Positions 12,774 to 26,307 of a stretch of 64,000 nt of DNA are shown here, in pieces. The notes beneath the pieces are model-generated. The model saw only the letters and a list, made by a program, of their open reading frames with translations, searched no databases and was not told the origin of the DNA. Made by a program: the position numbers and the translations under genes. Position 1 is the stretch's first letter; each line of letters opens with the position of its first letter. The DNA is from Octopus vulgaris (lineage: Eukaryota), in contig OX597818.1 of NCBI GenBank assembly GCA_951406725.2, forward strand, positions 120,466,001 through 120,530,000, written 5' to 3'.

Positions 12774-14089
12774 GTAAGTTACTCTTTATCTCTTTAAAGT
12801 ATTTTCTATCTAAACATTGTAGACCAGGTCTCCTTTCGTTTGGTCTGATGTCTCCATCGAATTAATCTGATAATTATTTTGTCTGCTTTCATTTTAACCC
12901 TCTTTTTCTTTTTCCTCGCTCTCTCACTTTCTTCCTTTAAAAGTTTTCTTCTCCCTCCCTTATTGCCTTTCTCTATTTCTTCTCTCTTATCGCCTTTCCT
13001 TTATCTCTTCTGTCTTACCTTAATAAATCTCATATCTCTCTTCCACTGTCTCCTGTTGCTCTTCCCCCTTGTCTATCTCCATTCCCCCCACTCTTTCCTC
13101 TTCACCCCCCCGTGTGTCTTCACCCCCTCCCCCATTGTTCCTCACATTTTCCATTTATTTCCGTTTTTCTCTATCTACACATCTTTCTAACTGACAGTAG
13201 TCCAATCATTTTCAAATCACATCCTCCCATCTTAAAAAAATGTAACATACATTGGATAAGTTACTTTTTGAAACACCAGTCTTCTTGAAACACTGGTTGT
13301 TCATGGTTGGAATACCTTTGATCAAACATTTACTGCATCTAGGATACCTGAGAGATCAATATATATATATATATATACAAAGCAGGAATACAAGCATTTT
13401 TATATGATTACTGAACACACTAAATATAGCAGCCAAATCTCTTTAAATTATGCCCATTTGTCTTTAAAAAAAAAGGAAACACACACACACACGCTCTCTC
13501 TTTCTCTCTCTCTCTCTCTTTTCTCTCTGTATTTCTGTCTCATAAATTTAGTCTTTCTCTCTTTTTCTCTCTCATACACACACACACACTCTTTCTCCCT
13601 CATACACACTCTTCCTCTCTTACATACATACATACACATATACACTCCTACACTCTCTTTGTCTCTCTTTCTCCCTCTCTCATACACATGCACAGTATAT
13701 TTGTCTTTCTCTCCCAGATACATACTTTCACTGTTGCAGTCTCCTATATTTGTCAAGCAGTGTAACATAATTAGATTTTCAACTGAGAATGTCACCACTC
13801 TTTACATTTACTTAAATGTCATTTCCCATGGTTCGTTGATGGAGTTTGGCAATCCTACAGATATTGTGTCAGGATTAATTAACTATAATTTACTCTATTT
13901 CCTTTTACTTCATATCTTCTTCTCTCTCTCTCTCTTCTACATTTATGTCATTGCCTAACTTGCTAATCAAAAATGCATAGGTAGGTAACATAGGGTATGT
14001 CATGCCCTATACATATACTGTAGATTTTCTAAGGAAGTAAGAAGTCAAAACCTTACAGCCATCAGGGGAAAGCCATGTATGTCAACACC

Positions 14090-14388
14090 AACATCAAAAT
14101 AAAAATCAAATGGAAATTGTAGTTAAGATACCTGTGCCGGTGACATGTAAAAAGCACCATCTGAACGTGGCAGATGCCAACGCTGCTTGACTGGCGTGCA
14201 TGTTGGTGGCACGTAAAAAGCACCCACTACACTCATGGAGTGGTTGGCGTTAGGAAGGGCATCAAGCTGTAGAAACACTGCCAGATCAGACTGGAGCCTG
14301 GTGCAGCCTCCTGGTTTCTCAGACCCCGGTCGAACCATCCAACCCATGCGCATGGAAAACGGACGTTAAACAATGATGATAATGATGA
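14090..14388 (+). mobile_element. Family A copy
   Basis: core plus (gat)n tail. Confidence 0.85.
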
Positions 14389-14845
14389 GTAGTTAGAAGT
14401 TCCATATGGCATGTCTAATCACTCCCATCTCCTCGTGTTTTTTACTACTCCTAACCACCCTTTTATAATGCAGGTAGCCCCATGCTTCTTTTCTATAGCA
14501 AGGCACCTGTGCTTGTCCCTCTCTCATACTTTAATCCCACCAACATCTCTCCCCACTCTCATATACATCTCCAACTAATTTGAGGAGTCCTTTTTCTTTC
14601 CATGTTCTTTTTCCTGTCTTGTTAGTTACTTGGTGACCTTTCTCGTGCCAGTGGCATGAAAAGTGCACTGAGTACACAGACTATTAAGAGATTGATGTGA
14701 GAAAGGGCATTCAGCTGTAGAAGCCATGCCAAAGCTGACACTGTAGCATGATTCAGCTCTGTGGCTTGCTGTATCCTATCAAACTGTCCAACTCATGCCA
14801 TCATGGAAAACAGAAGATAAATGAGAATGAAAACATTTAGTGACA

Positions 14846-14846
<1 letters not shown>

Positions 14847-14876
<30 letters not shown>

Positions 14877-15012
14877 ATTTGGCTCAAAAGCAAATAGCAA
14901 GGCCATGTAGGGGGACATGGAGTTAAGTACAGGGTGGTGTTCATGTAAAGAGTTCAGGCCACTTGAGGTCCAGGGAGGCTTTGAACAATGCGGTCGTCGG
15001 CATCTTCACCAT
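14847..15012 (-). mobile_element. CR1/L2-type LINE 3' end with (AACT)n tail
   Basis: reverse complement resembles 31300-31445. Confidence 0.8.
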
Positions 15013-15360
15013 CTTCATCATCATCATCATCATTTAATGTTCGCTTTCCATGCTAGCATGGGTTGGACGATTTGACTGAGGTCTAGCAAACCAGAATCTG
15101 ATCTGGCAGAGTTTCTACAGCTGGATGTCCTTCCTAACGCCAACCATTCCGAGAGTGTAGTGGGTGCTTTTACATGCCACCGGCACGAGGTCCAGTTTGG
15201 TGGTACTGGCAACGGCTACGCCAAAATGATGCTTTTTACATGTCACCTGCACAGGAGCCAGTCCTGCGGCACTGGTGATGACCTTGCTTGAATGTTTCAC
15301 ATATCACCAGCACAAGTGCTAGTAAGGCGGCACGGTAACAATCACGCTCGAATGGTGTTT
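15013..15360 (-). mobile_element. Family A copy
   Basis: (cat)n plus core plus internal repeats. Confidence 0.8.
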
Positions 15361-16149
15361 ACTTCATATTTTAGCAAATATAAAGAAGCAGTCAGAAATT
15401 AGTATGCACTTGAAATGCATTTTTAAATGTCCCATTGGGCCTCACAGAGGCAAAGTGGCCGAGTTCCTTTCGAGTGTTGGGCCTCACAGCAGCAATGAGA
15501 CGCATAATGTTTTTCTTTCTCTCTCTCCTTCTATCTGTGTATATTTCTGAGTGTGTATTTGTGTGTATGTATGCATTAAGCACTAAAACAAGCATGATGT
15601 CCAGTTAGCCACACCAAATCATCAGCATCCAAACAGCTGCACCCAGCTGTCCACCTCTAAAGAACTGGTGTAGCCCATCCAGCAGGTTTCTTTACAGTTT
15701 CCTTTAACCCTGTTTCACTTGCACAACTTGCATCAACTAGAATCTATGATATGAGACAATTACCCAAAGTATGGTATTGAACCTACAACAACATGATTAT
15801 AAGGTGAACTGCTTAGTCATTCGTGGCACTCCATCGGTTATGACGACGAGGATTCCAGTTGATCCAATCAATGGAACAGCCTGCTTGTGAAATTAACATG
15901 CAAGTGTTTGAGCACTCCACAGATACGTGTACCTTTAATGTAGTTCTCAGGGAGATTCAGCGTGACACAGAGTGTGACAAGGCTGGCCCTTTGAAATACA
16001 AGTACAACAGAAACAGGAAGAAAGAGTGAGAGAAAGTTGTGGTGAAAGAGTACAGCAGGGTTTGTTACCACCCCATGCTGGAGCCTCACGGAGCTTTTAG
16101 GTGTTTTCGACTTAGTCATTACCATATATTGCTATGTTATACTCATGCT

Positions 16150-16495
16150 ATGATTTGGTAAAAAAGGGCAAAGACTCACATCGGTCATGTATGACCATGG
16201 GATTGCACCCAGAAAGTTCCCTTTCTAGGTACAAGGCCGAGCAAGGTTGTTTAAGGAAGACCAGCAGTTGCCCATGCATAATAGCCTAGCCTCTCCATGC
16301 CACAGATGTTATCCAAGGGAAAGGACGATATAGCTTGGCACCAGTGAACTCATTTCTACAGCTGAGGGAACTGGAGCAACAGAAAATAGTCTTGTCTTTC
16401 TCAAGAGCACAACACACAACCTGATCTGGGAATTGAACTCACTGTCCCATGATTGTAAGCCTGAAGATCTAACCACTGAGCCACACACCTTCACA
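16150..16495 (-). mobile_element. tRNA-derived SINE of another family
   Basis: minus strand A box tggctcagtgg and B box gagttcaattcc; related copy near 40550-40700 (+). Confidence 0.65.
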
Positions 16496-16789
16496 TTATG
16501 ATTGTGAATCCTATGATTCAGTTATGTCTAAATTATCCATCTTATGGTCTTTTGTTTAATTTGAAATATGTAATTGGTAAACTTTACCCTTTACATTATT
16601 AACTTGGAGCTATAATCCCATGAATTACCACCAATTACTTAATATTTTTGCACTGAAGGCCTACTACCTTCAATAATTTTTACTTGATCGTGTTGACTGC
16701 AAAATATATTTCAGTTTGGTTGTGTATGTGAAATTTTTATGTTCCTATCTTTAAAATCTCAATTTTTATTTTCTTTCTCCTTTTCCCAG

Positions 16790-16859
16790 GATTTTGGTGA
16801 CCTTTGCGTCAACCCTGATAATTATGTAAAGCAGCAAACCAGTGCAAACATGGAAGCTA
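16790..16859 (+). CDS. TTYH: TTYH exon: DFGDLCVNPDNYVKQQTSANMEA
   Basis: ttttcccag/gtaagt, 70 nt; D[FL]CxxPDxY Tweety motif with conserved Cys. Confidence 0.92.
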
Positions 16860-16969
16860 GTAAGTAAATGATGATACTGTTGTCTTTATTTAAGATTGTA
16901 TCATATTTTCTTAAAACTATATTAAGACAATATATCTGAGACAAACTGTATTTTTCTTTCTTTAAACAG

Positions 16970-17022
16970 AAGTCCTTAATGCTTATTTGAAATGCACTGA
17001 TCTTCGAGAACCATTTGCAGAG
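16970..17022 (+). CDS. TTYH: TTYH exon: (K)VLNAYLKCTDLREPFAE
   Basis: aaacag/gtaagt, 53 nt; matches the Tweety YLxC...PF pattern. Confidence 0.88.
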
Positions 17023-17199
17023 GTAAGTGGATAGGGTAGTTCATTAGACCATAGCTGGAATCCATAGAACCTATGGATTTATCTATTTCTGCCACATATT
17101 TTTAGAACTTAATTTATTTTCTCCAATTTCTATTTTTAATTCCTTCTACTTTGTCTATTTAAATATATATTCTGTCATATTTCACAATAAAATAAAATA

Positions 17200-17585
17200 T
17201 CTATTTTTCTCTCTATATATAAACGGCAAAATGTGTGTGTGTGTGTGTGTGTGTGTGTATCCTTTATACAAATCCACAATTTTTCAGTTAGAGGGTTTGC
17301 ACTTTCTACGGTCATTCAAAACCGTCCAAGGGTGGTCATGCACATCTTTACATTTCCCCAGTCACCCCGCAAAGCCATTATAAAATCAATAGAAGTGACT
17401 TTTTTGTGAATTTTCTATCCAAAACCCAATCAAAGTGCCCGAAACTTGATGCGCCAATTGAATGCCAGCTAGCTGTATGTGATTGGTCGGAGATTTGGAC
17501 AGTACTCGCATGTATGTGCGCACACACGCAGCTGTATATGCATGCACTAGCACTGTGACCCGGTGTTGCCAGGTCATAGTGCTTG
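17200..17585 (+). mobile_element. Non-autonomous Helitron
   Basis: 5' TC/tctatatataaa start with (GT)n; 3' hairpin agcactgtgacc-cggtgttgcca-ggtcatagtgct ending CTTG|T (degenerate CTAG). Confidence 0.65.
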
Positions 17586-17899
17586 TTATCATTAAAATCT
17601 TTTTGCCAATGATCAATCTTAACTAGCTGACAACCACTTTTCTGCATAACTCTCTAAAGCCAAAACAGGAGTTTGAAATTGGCTGTCTTTAGTAACTCAC
17701 GTATGCTGCTGGCCAGATTCTTTTAGCTGCATCATGTAGAAGACTTAAAGAAATTCTTGACATGAAAATAAAGCCTAGAATCAAGAGATCTCAAAATAAA
17801 ATTGGCAGAGGCTAAAGTTCTAGTGAGTATGACATGACACAACTGCTATCAGCAAAATGTCTAAGTTTAATTTTCAGAAAAGAGATGAGGTGGAAAATA

Positions 17900-18005
17900 T
17901 TGTTCACTTTCCAGACATTTGTACATTACTGCATTTGCTTTATACGCACTTTTGGCAAGTTGTGGTGCACCTGAGCACTGTATACAATAATTTCATTATA
18001 TTATA
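17900..18005 (+). mobile_element. 3'UTR fragment of the CR1-type LINE at 6985-7729
   Basis: near-identical to 7618-7720. Confidence 0.85.
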
Positions 18006-19564
18006 TTAATCTGACATCTGAGCTTGACACATCCCTGTGGCCCACTAGGTTCTGTCAAACCATCCAACCCATGCCAGCTTGGAAAACAGACACTAAAATG
18101 ATGGTGATTTTTAATGTGAAGGACATTGACTAACATAAGTACTAATATGTGACAGAAAAGGTCAACAGACCTACTGACAGGATACAAATCACAATTACAA
18201 TGGCAGGAAAAATGCTTTATAATATTTAATTTGATAAGAGAGACTAGAAGGCACTCTATAGAGTAGTCAGAAACATAGTTGTTTGGCAAGCAATATGTAT
18301 ATACTGTTTGTATCTGTCAGTGGGCTTGTTGCTCTTTTATGTCTCAAATTCATGTTTAGAGGGTTTGTCCTTTATTTTATTTCTTGTTGAACCGTAAAAA
18401 TTAATACAGAGAGTTGCTGATTTGTAAAAAAATATAACATGTGACTTCATTGACCGAGGTTACCGTGGTCTTTTTCGTAGGCTTTTCTTTCCACGGGTAA
18501 ACCTCACCTGTCCTCCCCATTACACTTTATATTGACATTTCTGTGATAACGATCCTTATTGATCAATTTCCCCCCCTTTAAAAAAATGTTATCCCCCCCC
18601 CCTTTTGTCCTCTTTCTTTCCTTTTACGATCCCTTTTGATCGAAAACCAAACCCCCTTTTTTACTCCCAAAAGAAAAACTCTACCTTGTAATTTGTCCTG
18701 TCTGTGTGCAGCCCTATGTGGCTAATAAAGAAACATTTTATTTCTTGTTTTTAAATACACATATGCACAAGTAAATGGACAATGTTAATTCTATGAACAT
18801 CATCCTTCCCTTTTAAAATTTTACTCATGTAACTTACAGAAAAGAAAATAAAGAATTACGTTCAGTTATTTCATGGCGTCTGCTGTAATATGATAGTTGT
18901 TTCTCTGTGAAGTGCTTTTGTAAAATATTTTCATTCCTGCACAGAGCCATTTCCTTTCATTCATATCAATAATGTATTTGATAATGGCACGAATATTAAA
19001 AGAAGATGACACCCCTGCCCTGTTCTCCTCTCAAAAATTTAAAACGTTACATCTTAGTGACAACTAACTTGTTTGTGCTTGCATGAAACGATCTTTATTT
19101 ACTGAATTGCTTAAAATAAATTTGCTTAAGATAAATTTTACTTAAAATAGATTTCCTTAAATACAAATGTACTATGAATTAATTTATAAGATAAAACAAA
19201 ACAAAACAAACTGATCAATGAAAAACTTTTATATTCATGTAGTGAAATGTAGAGAGTTTTTAATTGAAAATTATATAAGCAAAAACAAGAACATATATGA
19301 ATGTAGAATTTGAATAAAACAGATTTAGCTTGGTATATTTATATACTTAGGTTTGATAAATTATTTATCTAGGTATTCATATGTTTTAAGAACAAGTTAC
19401 TATATTTTAATTTTTATTTTTGGCTCTAAATTCAAATCCTACCATGTTTAATATCTCTTTCTATCCTTTTGAAGTTGATAAAATATAGCATAAGTTAAAT
19501 ATTAGAGTTACTTTCAACTAATTATTTCTGTGAAGGAATGTGGCCTAGTGATTAAGATGTTGCA

Positions 19565-19785
19565 AAGGCAGCAAACTAGCACAGAAACATTAGCACGCCG
19601 GGCGAAATGCTTAGCAGTATTTCGTCTGCCACTACATTCTGAGTTCAAATTCCGCCAAGGTCGACTTTGCTTTTCATCCTTTCAGGGTCGATAAATTAAG
19701 TACCAGTTGCGTACTGGGGTTGATCTCATTGACTGGCCCTCCCCCCCCCCAAAAAATTTCTGGTCTTGTGCCTAGGATAGAAAAG
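19565..19785 (+). mobile_element. Family C SINE
   Basis: ttagcacgccgggcgaaatgc...gagttcaaattcc (B box)...gtcgataaattaagtaccag. Confidence 0.85.
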
Positions 19786-19842
19786 ATATAATTTTCTGAA
19801 TCATGTTATTTATGTATATTTCTTGTCTTTGTTTTCTTCTAG

Positions 19843-19935
19843 AAATACAATGCTGCTCTCTCTGCTATTGTCCGTGCCAACAGTACTTTAAGTGAGGCAC
19901 TATACATGGCTTCACCCTACAACATGGGTATTAAG
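19843..19935 (+). CDS. TTYH: TTYH exon: KYNAALSAIVRANSTLSEALYMASPYNMGIK
   Basis: polypyrimidine tract plus tag / gttagt, 93 nt, phase 0-0, open; NST glycosylation sequon. Confidence 0.85.
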
Positions 19936-20024
19936 GTTAGTCTTTATTTTCTTACGTCTTGTACTTTGTACACACACACACACACACGGATGTTGATGCA
20001 CACCCTGATATAGTTAACATATAT

Positions 20025-20433
20025 GGGTTACCAGCATCACCTTACTGGTACCTGTGCCGGTGGCATGTGTAAAAGATTTGAGCAAGGTCATTGCCAGTAC
20101 TGCCTGACTGGCCCCGTGCTGGTAGCACATAAAATCACCCACTATACTCTCAGAGTGGTTGGCGTTAGGAAGGGCATCCAGCTGTAGAAACTCTGCCAGA
20201 TCAAGATTGAAGCCTGGTTCAGCCATGTGGTTCGCCAACCCTCAGTCATTTGTCCAATCCATGCTAGCATGGAAAGCAGATGTTAAATGATAATGATGAT
20301 GATTACTGTGTATAATCTCAGTTTGAATGTCACATCTCCATCAGTGTGAGTGTGTGTATATATCACATCATGTCTGTGTGAACTGTATATCTATACCTAA
20401 TGCAGGCTTCTGTGCATCTTTGTACACACATTT

Positions 20434-20472
<39 letters not shown>

Positions 20473-20728
20473 AGCCACGCCTGGCCCCCGTGCCAGGAGC
20501 ACGTAAAAAGCACCATCCGATCGTGGCCGTTTGCCAGCCTCGTCTGGCATGTAAAAAGCACCCACTACACTCACGGAGTGGTTGGCATTAGGAAGGACAT
20601 CCAGCTGCAGAAACATTGCCAGATCAGACTGGGCCTGGTGCAGCCTTCTGGCTTCCCAGACCCCAGTTGAACTGTCCAACCCATGCTGGCATGGAAAGTG
20701 GATGCTAAACGATGATGATGATGATGAT
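20025..20728 (+). mobile_element. Two family A copies (about 20025-20302 and 20470-20728)
   Basis: each has the core and a (gat)n tail. Confidence 0.8.
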
Positions 20729-21163
20729 GTCTATGTTTAATATCCACTTTTCCATGCTTGCATGGTTCAGATAAAATTTATTGAAGCATATCTGTTATGA
20801 CCTGATGCCGTTCCTGTCATCAGTCCTCACTTCTTTCCAAGTAAGATGATATTTCCCCAAAGCCAGACATGTTTATCATGGAAGATTGGAAATAAATAAC
20901 ATTGCATGTATAGTGAAGACTCTCATTTACAGCTATCACACAATGTCATGCACACACACACACACACACACTCACACAACTTACTTCTTCCAGTTTCCAT
21001 TTACCAAATCTACTCACAAGACTTTGGGGAAGTGTCATCTACTATAGCCCTAGGCTGACCAAGGTGTAATGCAAGTGAGACTGCACCCCAAAACCACATG
21101 GTCAAGAAGTGAACTTCTTAACCACACAGCCATACCTATAACACATTTTAAATTTATCGTTTG

Positions 21164-21636
21164 TTAAACCTTTTTGTTACCATATTTCTGTTCAGATGCT
21201 CTGTGTTTCTTTCAACAAATTTTAAATAAAACAAAGAATTTAGTAAAATAACTTACTTATCACTAAGCTGGTGTTAGGAACATAAATTGTGACAAAGGTT
21301 TGGTGGAAGATTTTCATTCAGAACTTATGAGAACAAGACATTTGTACTACAGAGCCAGAGGCGGTTTCAGTGAGTTTGGTATCAAAAGGGTTAAATTAAT
21401 CATTTGTTAACCCTTTTGTTATCATATTTCTGTTGAGATGCTCTGTGTTTCTTTCATTTAATTTAAATATAACAAAGAATTTAGTAAAATAACTTAGTTA
21501 TCATTAAACTAGTGTTAGGAACATAAATTGTGACTAAGGTTTGGTGGAAGATTTTCATTCAGAACTTTTGGACGTTAGACATTTGTACTACAGAGCCTGA
21601 GGCAGTTTCCTGGCAGGTTGGTATCAAAAGGGTTAA
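21164..21636. mobile_element. Two tandem piggyBac-type MITEs (21164-21394, 21407-21636)
   Basis: TTAA-cccttttgtta...tatcaaaaggg-TTAA termini; about 230-bp near-identical bodies. Confidence 0.85.
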
Positions 21637-21778
21637 AGAAAGTATCCTAATCTTCAGTTTTCAGTTTTGAGATATCGTATTTACTGGGATAATCATGTTT
21701 CAGTATGATGTAAGCAGTAACCTGACACTCCCATTTCTATGTCTGTTCTAATCCCTATATTACTGATTATTTTTGCAG

Positions 21779-21918
21779 TTACGCAGCCTTGTTCGAAAGA
21801 TCCGCTTAGAAGTGACCGCAGCAGTTTCCAACGTTTCCCTCCTCAATCAAATTTCCGGCTGTTCTTTTATCCACAACAATTACATCAATGCACTTAATGG
21901 AATTTGTCATCAAAGCCT
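21779..21918 (+). CDS. TTYH: TTYH exon: LRSLVRKIRLEVTAAVSNVSLLNQISGCSFIHNNYINALNGICHQS(L)
   Basis: ttttgcag/gtgagt, 140 nt; CxxxHxxYxxALxGxC Tweety motif with two conserved Cys. Confidence 0.93.
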
Positions 21919-22212
21919 GTGAGTAACTTTTTCTATTTCTTCTACCAATATATTTTTTTTCTACTTTTTATATATGGCTTAATCATAAGACAAGGGGTAG
22001 TGCTGATGAATTTATGATTTTAGTTGGGTCTTCATGACAAGTGTGTTTGTGGGAGTTGAGCCTTGACTTATTGATCATTGCAGTCTGTAACAGCTCATTA
22101 AGTTATTCTCAGATTTAAGAGCTGATTTGAATGCTTGCAACAAAGGTATCTCTGCTAAAGGCAACCAATAGCCAGGTGGTGCTGACCAAACAAGTGATGT
22201 ATTTGAATATAT

Positions 22213-22598
22213 AGGTGCAGGAGTGGCTGTCTGGTAGGTAGCTTGCTTACCAACCACATGGTTCCGGGTTCAGTCCCACTGTGTGGCACTTTGGGCAAGT
22301 ATCTTCTACTATAGCCTCAGGCCGACCAAAGCCTTGTGAGTATATTTGGTAGACAAAAACGCAAAGAAGCCCATCATATATATTTATGTGTGTGCGTGTG
22401 TGTGTGTGTAAACGTTTGTGTGTCAGTGCTTGACAACTGATGTTGGTATGTTTATGTGCCTGTAACTTAGCAGTTCAGCAAAAGAGGCCAATAGAATAAG
22501 TGGTAGGCTTACAAAGAATAAGTCCTGGGGTCGATTTGTTTGACTAAAGGCAGTGCTCCAGCTTGGCCACAGTCAAATGACTGAAACAAATAAAAGAA
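22213..22598 (+). mobile_element. Family B SINE
   Basis: tRNA-like head tggctgtctggt / ggttcagtccc; tail gactgaaacaa. Confidence 0.85.
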
Positions 22599-22603
22599 TC
22601 TAA

Positions 22604-22639
<36 letters not shown>

Positions 22640-23151
22640 CATATATAGAATATGTTTAGGCTGCATAAAAACTAATTAACTCAGAATTAACAAAGGACAA
22701 AGATGTATGGTTGTGTATATTGGTGCCAGTGTAGCTGTGTGTATTTAAGTCTAGATATGACTGAGGTGAAGAAGTTTGCTTTGCTTCACAACAATATACT
22801 TTTGGGTTCAATCTCACATGACAAGTGCTTTCTACAACCATCCTGGACTGATCAATGCTTTTTGAGTTAATTTGACCTCTTCATTGATTTGTCAAATAAT
22901 TGCTATTTAATAATTGTTTACTTCTTGTAGAGATTTCTAATGGAAGTAACTCAGTGGCTTCATCCAGTTATTCTTTATTATTGCTTAGCTTCATTGACTA
23001 AAATTTTCTTCATTTAGCATTTGAACTCAAAATGCTGTCCCCTAGTTTACCACCTTGTTGAGGTAAAAAGTGATATTAAGTGTTTGTGTATTCAGCTTCT
23101 AAAATTTGGTATTCTATCATAGTTTTATTAGAAATAAAATGATCATACATC

Positions 23152-23340
23152 CTCATCATCGTTTAACGTCCGCTTTCCATGCTAGCATGGGTTGGACAGT
23201 TCGACTGGGGTCTGGGAAGCCAGGAGGCTGCACCAGGCCCAGTCTGATCTGGCAGTGTTTCTACAGCTGGATGCCCTTCCTAATGCCAACCACTCCGTGA
23301 GTGTAGTGGGTGCTTTTTACGTGCCACTGGCACGGAGGCC
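23152..23340 (-). mobile_element. Family A copy
   Basis: (cat)n plus core. Confidence 0.85.
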
Positions 23341-23496
23341 ATACATACATACATACATACATATACATGCATCATGCATGCATAATGAATGTATATGCAT
23401 GATGCATGGTCATTTTACTTCTAATAAAACTCCAATAGAATACCAAATTTTAAACGACTATTATCACTTCTGTATGCATGCATGTATGTATGCATG

Positions 23497-23528
<32 letters not shown>

Positions 23529-24137
23529 CATACATACATACATACATACATACATACATTCATGAGAGTTAGTTGAAGGAGGAAAGGCTGCACCCAGGAC
23601 CTTTTTAAAAGTCATCTGTGATTGAGAGTTGGTGCAGTGGGTAGTGAATTATGTTTAATTCTTTTGCATTTACTTTGGCCACATACAACCAAAATATTTA
23701 ATCTGTTTTAAGGTTTAAACTGGCCAAATCCGGTCTTTTGCACCTCCCATGCAATATTATTTAAAGATGGACAATCACATCATTGAAATCTTGAAGCTAA
23801 GATAATATATGATTAATTCTAAACCAATTCTAAGCATTACATTTGACAGTAATCTGAAAGGTATTAAGAGTTAAACCAGAACCTGGTTCAAAAGCTTGCA
23901 GCAATGAACTTCAATAGAGGCACATAAGTGCCTAGTGGAGGTGTTAAACTGAGTGAGGATTTAGGGTTACCACCCTTTATCATGATTGCTAATCATTGTA
24001 TCAAGATATTGTAATAAAGGCTTAATACCTGATTTAATTGGTCTCTGGTTGTTATATCATTATTTCAGTTAGTTTTGTGAGTTTTATTCTTGTTTTAATA
24101 AAAGACTTTACTTTTATTTCTCTTTTTTTTTTGCCAG

Positions 24138-24239
24138 GATTGGTGTGGCTTTCATGAGTCTTGTCTGTGGTATTGTAGGAGTTGCACTGACCATTAACAT
24201 CTGTTTGGCCACAAGGGCTTCAATCTTATTTGCAAAGAG
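24138..24239 (+). CDS. TTYH: TTYH exon: IGVAFMSLVCGIVGVALTINICLATRASILFAK (TM5)
   Basis: poly-T plus gccag acceptor, AG|gtctgt donor, 102 nt, hydrophobic. Confidence 0.88.
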
Positions 24240-24329
24240 GTCTGTATAATACATAATTTAATTAACGTAATTAAATAAATTTTACCTGAAACTGTCTGGC
24301 TTGTGTTTATGCTTCAGTGAATGGATGAT

Positions 24330-24367
<38 letters not shown>

Positions 24368-24441
24368 ATATACGAGTCGTCATGATAGATCGTTAGCCAC
24401 TACACACATTTTTTTCTCTCCTTGTTTTTTTCGTAAACTCT

Positions 24442-24495
<54 letters not shown>

Positions 24496-24743
24496 GTATA
24501 TTCTATGTGAATGGATCCCATGTGCATCTTTTTTCCTGACACTTTTCTTTTTTTCATCATCTCTCTTCTTCTCTTCCCAGTTTCTCTTGGACATTTCTCT
24601 ACTATCTGAAGAAGGACAGTGTCTGAAATGCAATACACCCTCTGTTCTTTCCATTTTCCCTTCAATGTCAAAACTAATAACACTGACTGAGAATGCCTCT
24701 TGTACTTTTTTCTTTGTACTTTTTTCTTTGTACTTTTTTCTTA

Positions 24744-24776
<33 letters not shown>

Positions 24777-25439
24777 ATATATATATATAAACACACACTC
24801 ACATATATATATATTATGGTTGTGAAATTATATAATTGTCTAGAGGTGAAAGTTGTTACTGAAACCTTGTGTAACTTATGTAAAAGATATTTGCTCATAT
24901 GTATTGAGTGCTAATTTTTCTTGTTTTTTTTCTATCAAATATCATTTAGCACCTATTTTTTTTCATGTTGGCATGGGTTGAGAAGTTAGCATGGATCCAG
25001 TGAGCCATAAAGCTGCATTGTGCTCCATGCCACTTTTGGTGTGGTTTCTACACTTGGATGCCCTTCTTAGCACCGACTAGAGACTTTTATTGTGCCACAA
25101 ATAGAGTGGTTGCCAAATAACTTGTAAGACAAGAAAGGACGAGAAAAGAGGGGAAAACTAGGGAAAAGAGAAGAAAAGGCCCTCTCAACTATGTGATTCT
25201 GGTGGGAGTATTTGAATGGAAGGAATGGTAATTTTTATGTGTGGGACAAGCAGGTGTCTTTCTATAGAAAACATACATGGGCATACTGCATTTATATAAA
25301 GGTGGGTGGGGAGTATCTGGGAAAAAGGTAAGGTAAACTGGAAGTGCTAGGGTGCCAGACACATGTGGAAAAAGTTCAAGATACAATTACCTCAGACAGT
25401 AATAGAGATCTTTTTATAAATGAGGGCTTGTTAAATGTT

Positions 25440-25667
25440 TATTTCTTTGTTGCCCACAGGGGGCTAAACATAGAGGGGACAAACAAGGACAGACAAGGGG
25501 ATTAATTCGATTATATCGACCCCAGTGCGTAACTGGTACTTATTTAATTGACCCCGAAAGGATGAAAGGCAAAGTCGACCTCGGCGGAATTTGAACTCAG
25601 AATGTAGCGGCAGACGAAATACGGCTACGCATTTCGCCCAGTGTGCTAATGTTTCTGCCAGCTCACC
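25440..25667 (-). mobile_element. Family C SINE
   Basis: reverse complement of the 27096 copy. Confidence 0.85.
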
Positions 25668-26116
25668 TATAATGTTAGTGGATGGAGTCTAGCATTGCCT
25701 GGTTGTGAAACATGTGTAGTAAATATGGTAGGAACGCTGCAACAAAGTAAATTGTACATGCTTTACTGGATGTGTACTGTCAGCATGCATGAACGATGGA
25801 GCACAGATGAGCTGGGAGGTAAAATGACCATCAGAGGAATTAGCTGTGTTTAAGAGAGAAGATTGCATTGGTGGGAATGTAATGCTTATGAAGGATGACA
25901 GTCAGGTGGTAAAATTTCAAATTTATGGGGGAGGAATTTGCATAATGGACAGGTATTGGAAGGAATGAAGGTGGTAACTGATGTCTGGATGTTGGGTTTC
26001 AGTCGTGAAAGGGTTAACAAGGAAGTGAGACATTGTGATGGTAAGAAACCTGCTGAGTCTACACCAGCTTGGGAAAGTGGATGTGAATAGATAGTGTGTG
26101 TGTATGCATGCGCGCG

Positions 26117-26307
<191 letters not shown>

